A DNA stretch of 63,910 bases, counting the filler, from Octopus bimaculoides (taxonomy: Eukaryota): assembly GCF_001194135.2 (NCBI RefSeq). It is 5 parts of 5 records of this genome, joined end to end, with 100 filler letters (N's around TTAATTAATTAA, not from the genome) between each part and the next. Parts side by side here need not be neighbours in the genome. Positions count along the whole stretch, not along the records: positions 22,028 to 43,070 come from NC_068982.1; positions 43,171 to 61,261 come from NC_068983.1; 3 more parts are not named here. One strand, given 5' to 3'. A model generated the notes under the pieces. The model was not told the DNA's origin and did not search any database. It saw only the letters and a program-made list of their open reading frames with translations. Position 1 is the first letter of the stretch; each line of letters starts with the position of its first letter. Of the stretch, positions 38,465-50,383 are shown in pieces. The position numbers were made by a program, and so were the translations under genes.

Positions 38465-39040
38465 CTATCTACATCATCATCATCATTGTTTAATACCCGT
38501 TTTTTCCATACTGGTATGGGTTGGACGGTTTGACTGAGGACTGGCAAGCCAGTAGGTTGCACCAGGCTCCAATCTGATCAGGCAAGGTTTCTACAGCTGG
38601 ATGCTCTTCTTAATGCCAACCACTCCAAGAGTGTAGAGGGTGTTTTTAACATGCCACTGGCATGGGAGCCAGTCAGGTGGCACTGGCATTAACCACGTTC
38701 AGATGTTGCTTTTTACATGCCACTGGCATGGGAAGCCAGTCAAGTGGCACTGACATTGACCCATGCTTGAATGGTGCTTATTACATGCCACCAGCACAGG
38801 TGCCATTTTGGTGAGACTGGCATCAGCCCTGACTACGATTTCACTTGACTCAACAGGTCTTCTCAAGCACAGCGTATCACCCGATGATTCAAGAATACTT
38901 TTAAATTGGCTGGTTATGCAACACTCGTATTGGCCTCAGCTGTGATCTCACTTTACTTGCCAGGTCTTCTCAATCACAGTTTATCTCCAAAGGTCTCGGT
39001 CACTTGTCATTGCCTCTGTGAGGCCCCAACATTCGGAGGT
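38465..39040 (-). mobile_element. RTE-type 3' tail with subrepeats
   Basis: (CAT)n tail plus the reverse complement of the 23930-24372 motifs. Confidence 0.7.
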
Positions 39041-39526
39041 CACAGATGTGTGAATTTAATCAAGCATCAATGAGATCTTGAAGGAAATGACTTAAGAGTG
39101 CAATATAAAATGGGTTGGCGTAGGAAGCCATTACTAATTCTAATTATTAGTAGTTGTCGAGTAGTAAAAGCTGGCTCTTCTCAAACACTTATAAGTACAG
39201 TGGTACAAATATAATCTTTACACTCTGAACATGATTTGCTTCAGTTTGATTTGTGTTTATACTGTAAATTCTAGGGTTACATCATTGGAGTTGGAATAAA
39301 TTTGTAGTGCAGAGAGCCAAGACAAATAGCTTATGGAGTTTATGATTCTCTTAAATTCTACCAAGGTCAACTTTACTTTTGTTTTCAGGTTGATGAAATA
39401 AAATGTCATTCTGGATCAGTGGAATTAGAATGGTTTAGAAGATTAGATGTTTTGTTGGGGTTGTTCTCATTTCATTTTTGGGTTTGGTTTGCAAGATTCT
39501 TTATGTGAGTTCGTGTGTTGAAGCAT

Positions 39527-39921
39527 ATTCTGTTTTGTCTGGGGAGAGTCATTTTCTTTGTGTGCCTTATAATTTAACACACTCACCGGTAAAATTTCCA
39601 CTTATTTCTTATTTTTAGCATGGCCATTGCCAGTACCGCCTGACTGGCCTTCGTGCCGGTGACACGTAAAAGCACCTACTACACTCTCGGAGTGGTTGGC
39701 GTTAGGAAGGGCATCCAGCTGTAGAAACTGCCAAATCAGATTGGAGCCTGGTGTAGCCATCTGGTTTCACCAGTCCTCAGTCAAATCGTCCAACCCATGC
39801 TAGCATGGAAAGTGGACGTTAAACGACGATGATGATTTTAAATAAGTGGAAATTTTACTGGTGAGTGTGTTAAATTATAAGGCACAGAAACAAAACGACT
39901 CTCCCCCGACACAACAAAATA
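39527..39921. repeat. ~80-bp inverted repeat bracketing a young RTE-type tail (39617-39836, +)
   Basis: 39527-39607 is the reverse complement of 39840-39921. Confidence 0.8.
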
Positions 39922-40866
39922 AAAATAGAAATTTTTTAAATACTGTTGTGCAGTGATTGGCCATGAGAGATGAAATAGATGTTAGTCAGAGCATGCTACA
40001 AATGTTAGGCCAGAGTTCATGTGTCATTTACATGCTTTATTCCAGATTTTCATGCAACGTATGGCGAGGAAAACCCTAACTTGTCTTAAATTGATTGGGT
40101 ACACACTCCTGATCAATAATTTGAATGTTTCCCCAAACAATGGATGCTCGTAAATTTTTGACGTGCTACTGATGAAAAAAATATATTTTATCTAATGGTT
40201 CATCAACTGTGTGTTAATATAATGGCAATGTTTCAGGTCAGTTAAATAATTTATGCTAATTAAGGTAGAAGGCTGTTAATATTACAAAATTCTGACAATT
40301 GGGTTGAAAAAAGCATTTCTTTGCAAAAAGGATGTAAGGTTATTGATGTCAACTTCTTCTTCTTTCTATAAATCTTGCTTCATTTGTTTCCAGGGGCAAC
40401 AACACCTCTAAGGGGTCTTTATCATCAACATCAAATAGCTTGAACATACCATACTAATGATGGCTTTCGCATCCATCCTTCTCATCATGCTCAATCCTAT
40501 TTTAACACAGATCGTTTCTTATTCTTACTCTATCACCATTCCTTATTTTTGTTCTATTCTTATTTGCATTTATTTGAATGGCAAAATATATGTTCTTCTG
40601 TAAACATCTGATGTCCTTGACATCAGAATACAAGCTAGATTTTCTTTGTGGATCTCCTACATTTTGAACTCTAGCTGATTCATGCCTATCCCTTCATATG
40701 TACAAAGTAACAAAAACAAGTAACACCAGAAAGGAGATATTACAAAATAGGCCTTGTGTTATGTGGAAATCTGTGTTTCTATCAAGAAGAAAGGGAGACT
40801 AGTTAATGCAGTCCAATATCAAGAATACAAACTAATTACATTTAATACAATGAATAAACACTTGAT

Positions 40867-40903
<37 letters not shown>

Positions 40904-40948
40904 AAGAAGAAAAAAATTACATAAAATTGTATACAAATTACATTATCG

Positions 40949-41330
40949 GCACAGACTGGCTGTGTGGTAAGAAACTTGCTTTCCAACCTCAAGTGTCTTC
41001 TACTGTAGCCTTGGGTCAACCAAAGCCTTATGAGTGGATTTAGTACATGGAAACTGAAAGAAGCCCATCATATCTATATGTGTGTGTGTGTGTGTCTGTC
41101 TGTATTTGTTTGTCTGCTCCCCCACCACTACCACTTGACAACTGGTATTGGTATGTTTACGTCCCCATAACTTAGCAGTTTGGCAAAAGACACCAATAGA
41201 AGAAGTAGCAAGCTCAAAAAAAAAAATTACAAGTACTGGGGTTGATTTGCTTGACTAAAAGTTCTTCAAGATGGTACCCCAGCATGGTCACAGTTTAAAG
41301 ACTGAAACAAGTAAAAGAATAAAAGATAGA
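40949..41330 (+). mobile_element. SINE family A
   Basis: Colinear match to family A. Confidence 0.8.
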
Positions 41331-42354
41331 AGATATAACTCTGCATTGGTTCTTCTTCACAAGAAAAACTTCCAAATCATTGAAACACTGAAATCAGTTT
41401 CCAATTTTCTTTTGTTTCTGATTTGCTAGAGATGTTGATGCTCATATTTCTAATTTACTCTACAATCATGTCATTTGTATTTTATGGCAGTGACGTAGGG
41501 GGACACTTCACAGTTCATGCTCAAACGTAATTGACTGAAAGTCATTATGCAATGCTGACTCACTGCCAAACCACTCCAGCAGTGATCACAAAGGCACACA
41601 TTATCAAGGTTACAGTTTACTATATTTGTAAACAAAAACATGTTTATATGTAAGCATATGCTCATGAAAATAGAATTTTTTTTTTCAAGCTTATAAATTA
41701 TATTTTGGTACCCAACTGGACTTGAATATTTTTTTTGTCTTTTCTGCCTATTCTGCTAATGTCACTGAAGTGCCAATAACAATTACAATGATAGCTGACT
41801 TTGGTACTTCTTGTTGGTTATGTAGCAATGCATGATTCGTTTGTTTTGTTTTACATGCTTTTCCATGCTTGCACGGATTAGATGGATATATTACTGAGAC
41901 GTAGTTTTACAGCCATTCCTGTTGCTTATCTTCCTTGTTTATTAAGAGACCTCTTATTTCACATGTCTATGAACACAAATACTGAACAAACAAGTTATTG
42001 ACAGAAATGACGGCAGCATTGCATTTGGTGACTTGTCCTCGAGTACAGATGTAAACAAACACATGTATACATCTGCTTTCCAAGGTTCTGAGTCTCAGTT
42101 CCACAGTGTAGCACCTTGAGTAAGGGGTTAGTGTCTTCTAATATAGCCATAAGCCAGCCAAAACCTTCTGAGTGGATTTGGTAGATGGAAACTGAAAGAG
42201 ACCTATCAAGCTTTGGATTGCTCTGGGGGCTTAGTAGAACCAGATTTGACATAATCTGAATTAGGAACCATATTGTGCCCTCTGAAGTAGATTTACCATA
42301 TAGGGTGCAGTATAATAGTATGACAGAGTTGTTTTTTTTTAATATATTCTGTTA

Positions 42355-42716
42355 TTCTTTTACTTGTTTCAGTCATTTGACTGTGGCCATGCTGGAGCAC
42401 TGCTCTGGAGGGTTTTAGTTGAACAAATCAACTCCAGAACTTATTTTTTAAGCTTAGTACTTATTCTATCAATTTCTTTTGCCAAACTGCTAAGTTACCA
42501 AGATGTAAACACACCAACACCGGTTGTCTAGCTGTGATGGGGGGAGGAGGACAGACACAACACACACACACACACACATATATACGACAGGCTTCTTTCA
42601 GTTTCCATCTACCAAATCCACTCACAAGGTTTTGGTCGGCCTGCAGCTATAGTAGAAGACACTTGCCCAAGGTGCCATGCTGTGGGACTCAACCTAGAAG
42701 TATGTGACCTGCACCT
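42355..42716 (-). mobile_element. SINE family A (a further partial copy at about 42030-42205)
   Basis: Reverse-complement match with CpG decay. Confidence 0.8.
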
Positions 42717-42751
42717 ATATATATGTATGTATGTATATATATATATATATA

Positions 42752-43070
42752 CTAGTAGAAATACCCGGCGTTGCCCAGGTTAAAGAGAATAATGATATCT
42801 AAAAACGCCGTCTAGACTATGCATCATCTTTATATATAGAGATGTATATACACACACGCACCCAAACACACGTATATATATGTATATCAATATAAATATA
42901 TGAAAGTCAATGAAGTTTCGTAAAAGAAGGTGATCATGTACATACTTTCTTGCTGTTGTGATTATAACACCTCGTTGTAAACTATGTTCCTTGTTTTCCC
43001 TTGTGGAGCATATACAAATAGGTTTTTTTTTGCTGCCCACTCTTGAGCAGCCAACATACAGTTGTCCATG
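42752..43070 (-). mobile_element. Helitron 3' end: RepHel helicase C-terminus, 3' region, terminal hairpin and CTAG
   Basis: HGQLYVGCSRVGSKK/LFVYAPQGKTRNIVYNEVL* (42962-43070, +1 slip in an A9 run); terminus CCTGGGCAACGCCGGG-N8-CTAG followed by T. Confidence 0.85.
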
Positions 43071-43170
43071 NNNNNNNNNNNNNNNNNNNNNNNNNNNNNN
43101 NNNNNNNNNNNNNNTTAATTAATTAANNNNNNNNNNNNNNNNNNNNNNNNNNNNNNNNNNNNNNNNNNNN
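43071..43170. other. Artificial scaffold-join spacer
   Basis: 44N-TTAATTAATTAA-44N. Confidence 0.95.
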
Positions 43171-43420
43171 ATGTATACATATACATCTCTCTCTCTCTCT
43201 CTCTCTCTTTCTCTTTCTCTTTCTCTTTCTCTCTCTCTCTTTCTCTCTATCTCTTTCTCTCTTTCTCTCTCTCTCTGAAAGTATCTGTCATTACAGTATC
43301 GAAATGGTGTACATATACATGTATATGTATACATATACATCTCTCTCTCTCTCTCTTTCTGTCTCTCTCTTTCTCTCTTTCTCTCTCTGTGAAAGTATCT
43401 GTCATTACAGTACCGAAATG
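43171..43420. repeat. Tandem duplication of (CT)n + GAAAGTATCTGTCATTACAGTA
   Basis: Two copies about 115 bp apart. Confidence 0.8.
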
Positions 43421-44330
43421 TGATTGTTTCAGTTAGTGGAATAGTTTCATTTTTAAAGTGAAAGTATTTGACATGAGTGTTTTTGTTTCACTTTTGACAC
43501 GTAATACTTAAATAGTGGAGGAGATATTACCGTGTGTATGTGTGTGTATGTCGACTCTCTTTCTCTAAATATAAGCGTATATATATATATATATATATAT
43601 ACCGAATAAATACGCACACATATATATTTGTCTGTCTATATGTCAAGGATTTCATAGAATGTTTATACATCCCTCAATCTTACCTCCCACTCTTCACACA
43701 CGTTACTCTCTATCTCTTTATATTAATTATCAATCTATCTAGATACCACCATTCTATTTCCTAAATTTACATAACACTTGGATTTCACTTCCATAAACTA
43801 ATTTTTCTACTTAAAAATGTTAGTTCCAAAAGTGAGCATTATCTTCATCAGACTACTTAGTTACCTCCGTATATAGACAAATTTTGCATCAATGAATATT
43901 TCTTTCACGAATAAAATTTGAAGCCAGCTCAACTGTCTTGACTGGTACCTATTTACAGAACACAGAATTTTGACCTCCCTAATTCAATTATATTTGTTAT
44001 TTTTTCTCGTTAGAAAATCAGATACAAACATTACCAAATCAACTAGCAACTTAAGACCTACACATGCTGAAACTCAAAAACATTATCAGTAAAGCAAAAT
44101 AACAGCAAACCCACAACAAGCAAATCACTTGCTTTTCTGCGTCCTATTAATGAAAAGAAATCAGTTTTGCAAGAATGCGGTAGCCCGATGATTCCAGGAT
44201 CCAGGAATAAAGTTACTAGTGCCTGGATAGTTTGGAACTTTCCAATATCTACGATGCCTCCTCTCACTCGCATGTACACGTACACACATGTATATACATA
44301 CAAACATGCACACATATTCACACACGCGTG

Positions 44331-44371
<41 letters not shown>

Positions 44372-45499
44372 ATATGGCCGTCCCATGGCGCAACTCAGTC
44401 AATGTTGTTAACTGTGATTTAGTTAACCCTACGGCTTTAAAATCTGGCTAGAATTATCTCTTCTCGCTATTTCCCATTGAATACGACTAAAGAACTAGAA
44501 ACGCATCTAGGAATCCGATAGGAGGCAACACTGTGCAGCTTGGAAGTATGGTGTTTTAACACATTTTACCATAAGTCAGCATTTTTTTCTCCACGGTAAC
44601 TGCAGTGAATGTGCCTTTAGAAGTTTAAATATGACACAAACATATTTTCACTCACCTAAATTTCGCTTATGTCTATCTATGCACTAGTTGGCACTGATAC
44701 TCCTGAATATACACTATGACTGTGTCACACTATGGTCGTAAGCCCTATGCTCTAACTTCTAGGCCATGAACATCGAAGTTAGGGTGCTGGATTTACGACC
44801 GTTTGAACATGAGTTCTGGAACAGGTGGCGTGTTTGTCCTTCAGCAATGTAGTTGATTTCATATTGCTCAACTCTCTTCAGTTGAAATACTTAGGAGCTT
44901 GGAGCTGTATGCACTACAGCCTTCTCCCTACACCATTTGTTGTATCCTGGATGTTTCGCTGGATGAATGGTTGATGAGAAGCTTGAGAGAATTTCATATA
45001 TTTCCTCGAAGGCTTCTAAAATAATTATCGAAAGCATAGCACATGTTACCAATTTGCCAAGTCATCATTGCTCATAAGTGACGGTTGTTGAAGAAGAAAG
45101 AAAAATGAAAAAAAAATTGATAAAGTAGAAAAATAATTTTATGTAAATCGATGTACATTTTGGTATTTTTCAAATCGTACTAGAAGAAAGGTAGCTTTTT
45201 CCAAGTAATTTGCCCTGATTTCTAATTGTTGGATCTGGAGAAGAATTCGGTATTCATAGTCTTTTCAAGGATTCACAGACCTATGAGTCTGATGCCGGTT
45301 ACCTTCCACTTAAGCTGTTCTGCCTGAAGCTCACTGAGAAGATATGAATAGTGGGATATGAGTTCCAGGGAGCCACGTTTCTTTGGAGGAAGGACTAGGT
45401 GGAGTGGTTAATACAGTTGTAGGGTCTTAGACATAGCATGGGTGATGAGAAGAGAAAAAAACTGTCCTTACAATTGAACTCGCTTGCAAATTTAGAAAA

Positions 45500-45760
45500 A
45501 CACTAAACGAAACAAAACTACAGATAGAAGTTTTGAGAAGCCAGGCAGGTCCATGTTTATGTAAGACGAACACGTTCAATATGATATCATGTAATAATAA
45601 AAATTGCACAGTATGCAAAATGAACGTAAAATGAAATTGTAGAATTAGAAATGAAGTATACCATATGAGATGCAAGGGGGGCACAATCAAGAACTACACT
45701 TGAAGTTGTATAGAGGAAATCATCCAGCGACTAGTAGAGGGGGTAGAAGAATACTAGAAT
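45500..45760 (+). pseudogene. Possible decayed Penelope-like GIY-YIG endonuclease relic
   Basis: KNCTVCKMNVK*NCRIRNEVYHMRCKGGTIKNYT resembles the C..C...NC...N.VY...C..C...Y pattern; broken by stops. Confidence 0.35.
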
Positions 45761-45907
45761 TAATAAAAGTGAAATAAACCAACATTCATGCGCTATTAGC
45801 AGGCAAACTAATATACATGAGAGTCTACTGAATAACATTTATGAACGAAATATCAATAAACCAGCAAAAACGTTCTATCGAAAGTAAAAGAACAGAATAC
45901 ATACATA

Positions 45908-46335
45908 TATAGATTTGAAGGGTGTCCTCTATCATCAAATATTAAATCAAAACGAAAGAATGCGGAGAAGTATTGTTGTCACAAAAATTTGCAGTAAAAG
46001 CACTTATCACTGGTCGATTGTAAAATGTTGTTGCTATTATTACACGAAAATGGAAGTTTACTTATTGCTCCAGTCCAATAGAAAGACATAATGATACTAA
46101 ACATGGAAGTTTTGTCTCATCGGCCTCACTCCCCTTAGCTTGTTTCATCTGACTATCATCTTTTCAGATCATTATTTAAAAGGAAAACATTTTATCGCGA
46201 AGAGTTTAAAAATGATAATGTGCGTCTATTCTCTTCGAAACCTTAAGACATTTATGCCTGAGGGATCAACTATTGGCCAGATAATGGAATTATGTAATTA
46301 ATAATAAATGGATATATGATTTTGATCAAATAAAT
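45908..46335 (+). pseudogene. mariner transposase C-terminal relic
   Basis: DLKGVLYHQIL...EVLSHRPHSP*LVSSDYHLFRSL...GINYWPD (cf. HPPYSPDLAPSDYHLFRSL). Confidence 0.75.
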
Positions 46336-46404
46336 CAATTAAGACCACACGAATATTTATTATTCCCCCTTCTTGAAATGCGACTGGATTACATTCAGAT
46401 CTAA

Positions 46405-46597
46405 GGTGCAGGCATGGTTGTGCGGTAAGAAGCTTGCTTCATAGACGTATGGTTCCGAGTTCAGTCCCACTGCGTGGAAACCTGGGCAAGTGTCTTCTCG
46501 TATACGTGAGGCAACCAAAGCCATGTGAGTGGATTTAATAGACAAAAACTCTAAGAAATTCGTCGTATGTATGTATATATATATATACATATATGTA

Positions 46598-46631
<34 letters not shown>

Positions 46632-46690
46632 TATGTATCTGTCCCCTAACCATTTGACAACAAATGTTGGTATTTACGTCCCCGTATATA
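46405..46690 (+). mobile_element. SINE family A, 3'-truncated
   Basis: Head and body match family A. Confidence 0.75.
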
Positions 46691-47049
46691 CATATATAGG
46701 AAAATTTTTGGTTGAAAAGTCACCTAAATTTGAAAAACATGTAATTGTTTTTGAATAAATTTATTTACATATATAGCAAACTAGTTTTAACATTTACAAA
46801 CTTTTCAAATTTTCAAAANNNNNNNNNNNNNNNNNNNNNNNNNNNNNNNNNNNNNNNNNNNNNNNNNNNNNNNNNNNNNNNNNNNNNNNNNNNNNNNNNN
46901 NNNNNNNNNNNNNNNNNNNNNNNNNNNNNNNNNNNNNNNNNNNNNNNNNNNNNNNNNNNNNNNNNNNNNNNNNNNNNNNNNNNNNNNNNNNNNNNNNNNN
47001 NNNNNNNNNNNNNNNNNNNNNNNNNNNNNNNNNNNNNNNNNNNNGTGTG

Positions 47050-47102
<53 letters not shown>

Positions 47103-47106
47103 ATAT

Positions 47107-47901
47107 GTATATATTTGATAAAAAAATTCATAAGGGAAATTTCTATTTCCAAGAATATAATTATTCGTTTATATAAAGGGCATTATTACAGAAAAAAATA
47201 ACGCCACACAGTGGACTTCTCAAAATAACCACATTTAGTACCTAATGCGACGAAAAACAACCAACAGAAGACGACCAACTTTCTTTTAAATAAACTTAAC
47301 TGTGTATCAGCCGATTTCGCGATTACTAGAATGAATCTAGATTTCGTTCATCAGCACAGTATTGTCCCAAAATAAACAGAATTCTCACCTCACCAAAAAC
47401 GAACACACTTCGTATCCGACAGAGTAAAGGGAATGAAGTTTATCTGTATATATCTTCATCAAAGAAGCGGGAATACTTTCGGGTTGCTTCTGGGTACCCA
47501 TGTGGAGACAGGAATAAAAATTCAACATTGAATATATTCCGTGTATATCTTTGATAAATAAATTCAAAAAGGGATAAAACTCTTTTACAGGAATTTTATC
47601 AAGAAGCCAGTGTGTAAAAAAATTCATAAGGGAAATTTCTATTCCCAAGAACATAATTATTCGTTTATATTTATATAAAGGGCATTATTACAGAAAATAA
47701 TAACGCCACACAGTGGACTTCTCAAAATGACAACATTTAGTACCTAATGCGATACACAGTTAAGTTTATTTAAAAGAAAGTTGGACGTCTTCTGTTGGTT
47801 GTTTTCCTCGCATTAGGTACTAAATGTGGTTATTTTGAGAAGTCCACTGTGTGGCGTTATTATTTTCTGTAATAATGCCCTTTATGTAAATATATATGTA
47901 T
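47107..47901. repeat. Direct plus inverted repeat unit (Penelope-like terminal repeat or MITE)
   Basis: The unit at about 47120-47310 is repeated directly at 47617-47750 and inverted at 47752-47890. Confidence 0.7.
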
Positions 47902-48588
47902 NNNNNNNNNNNNNNNNNNNNNNNNNNNNNNNNNNNNNNNNNNNNNNNNNNNNNNNNNNNNNNNNNNNNNNNNNNNNNNNNNNNNNNNNNNNNNNNNNNN
48001 NNNNNNNNNNNNNNNNNNNNNNNNNNNNNNNNNNNNNNNNNNNNNNNNNNNNNNNNNNNNNNNNNNNNNNNNNNNNNNNNNNNNNNNNNNNNNNNNNNNN
48101 NNNNNNNNNNNNNNNNNNNNNNNNNNNNNNNNNNNNNNNNNNNNNNNNNNNNNNNNNNNNNNNNNNNNNNNNNNNNNNNNNNNNNNNNNNNNNNNNNNNN
48201 NNNNNNNNNNNNNNNNNNNNNNNNNNNNNNNNNNNNNNNNNNNNNNNNNNNNNNNNNNNNNNNNNNNNNNNNNNNNNNNNNNNNNNNNNNNNNNNNNNNN
48301 NNNNNNNNNNNNNNNNNNNNNNNNNNNNNNNNNNNNNNNNNNNNNNNNNNNNNNNNNNNNNNNNNNNNNNNNNNNNNNNNNNNNNNNNNNNNNNNNNNNN
48401 NNNNNNNNNNNNNNNNNNNNNNNNNNNNNNNNNNNNNNNNNNNNNNNNNNNNNNNNNNNNNNNNNNNNNNNNNNNNNNNNNNNNNNNNNNNNNNNNNNNN
48501 NNNNNNNNNNNNNNNNNNNNNNNNNNNNNNNNNNNNNNNNNNNNNNNNNNNNNNNNNNNNNNNNNNNNNNNNNNNNNNNNNNNNNNNN

Positions 48589-49140
48589 CTGCAACTCTTC
48601 TGGCTGCTCTCCTTGTTTAAGTTGGTGAATGCTGTCATAATCCTTGCCTTCTGTTCATCTTTGGTGTTACAAAGAATTTTGCTGCTCTCTCGCTCAACTG
48701 CGCCCCACGCATAATAATCAAGGGAGTTGCAGTCTGGAGAATTAGGTGGCTAGATGTTAGGGATGATGTGGTTGCAGAAATTGTCTGACTGCGTGTGTGG
48801 CATGGTGCAGAGTCTTGTTGCCAGACATAGGGTCTTCCAGCAGCCACATTCTTGACCCAGGATAGCACTACCTTCTCCAGGCAATTGATGTAGGCCTCCT
48901 GTTGAGTCTGAGGCCGTGTGGTAGAATGAATGGAGGCATAACGTCGCCATCACTAGTGATCATTCAAAACAGTGTGAGTTGACTGGATGTTTGATTTTTA
49001 TCATTGTCGGTACAAGTTTTGAGGACACGGCAAGCCAATGGTTGTTCTGTGTTTACAGCACCTGTTCGTACTGGAGCTTTCGGCGCGAATGCAAAGTATT
49101 ACAGCATGTTGTTTCCAAGTAGACACAGAAAAAGGACCCT
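48589..49140 (-). mobile_element. Second DD37D (maT) transposase fragment
   Basis: VAAGRPYVWQQDSAPCH...PPNSPDCNSLDYYAWGAVERE; homologous to 36891-37748. Confidence 0.85.
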
Positions 49141-49368
49141 TCATCAGTTATCCGCTATCTATCTACTCCTCATTTNNNNNNNNNNTGACATATATATATA
49201 TATAAATGGAGTTAAACGCAGGTGTTATTCAAATTCTTTTACTTCTGACACATGTTTCGAAGACAACGTTGGCTTTATTCCAAAGGAATAACGGGAAAGG
49301 AAGCCTATAGAAAGAAGAGGAGTAAAGGAAATAAATAAGCAGAAAATTGATAAATGAAAAATATAGAG

Positions 49369-49451
49369 CGATATGTGAATTAATGTGAATAATGTGAATA
49401 ATGCGATATGTGAATTAATGTGAATAATGTGAATAATGCGATATGTGAATA
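49369..49451. repeat. 35-bp tandem repeat (about 2.3 copies)
   Basis: GCGATATGTGAATTAATGTGAATAATGTGAATAAT x2 plus a partial copy. Confidence 0.8.
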
Positions 49452-50142
49452 AAAGCTTAAAGGCTTGGAAAAAGATAGTGGAAATCAAATGCAAGAAGAA
49501 AATCAATGCTCAAATTATATATAATGGTAAATATCACTTATATGAACTAAAAGTATGTTTATGCCAATGTTTACATCGATAAGCACGCTCTATAAACGTG
49601 TTTACAAGGGGGTTCTTAGAAAAAAGAATAGAAAATAGTTCAGTATTACAGATTTGGCAAAATTCTTTGCCTTTATCATATGGGAATGAAATGGAGAGAA
49701 TGAACCTCTGAACCACAAAGTACAAAGCACTAACACACGACGATAAACAGCAAGCATCTATCCCCACTCACCTACGTGTGGTTACGCTGACATATTTCAT
49801 GCACACTCGCACAAATTATACACATAAACACTAACGAGATAACACAGGATACAACGAAAGTGCTCCTGTTAAAATGTAATACGCATGCACTCACACACAT
49901 TCCAAATGCTATAAATATTCAGGGAAAACACCAAGAATCTAACATTTAAGATAAATAGAGAAGATGAAGATATGAAGGCATGTAATGGATAACATGGAAG
50001 ACAATGATGTAAGGACTATGATCAAGTTAACCATTGCTAAGTATTTCCTAATTTGAATGATCACAATAAAAGAATGATGCAAAAATATATTCAGTGTAAA
50101 TTGTTATTGATAACATGGTGACATGACCTTCTCAAGATACCA

Positions 50143-50383
50143 TCATCATCATCGTTTAACGTCCGCTTTCCATGCTAGCATGGGTTGGACAATTTGACTG
50201 AGGACTGGTGAAACCAGATGGCTACACCAGGCTCCAATCTGATTTGGGAGAGTTTCTACAGCTGGATGCCCTTCCTAACGCCAACCACTCAGAGAGTGTA
50301 GTGGGTGATTTTACGTGTCACCCTCACGAAGGCCAGTCAGGCGGTACTGGCAACGGCCACGCTCAAAATGGTGTATTATATGT
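50143..50383 (-). mobile_element. Young RTE-type 3' tail, running into a gap
   Basis: (CAT)n-CGTTTAACGTCCGCTTTCCATGCTAGCATGGG; very similar to 39617-39836. Confidence 0.75.

Noticed and set aside
40350-40700. Minus-strand protein-like stretch (KIRNGDRVRIR...FKLFDVDDKDPLEVLLP) hinting at an integrase C-terminus
   Set aside because: Multiple stops and no catalytic motifs; too weak to assign.
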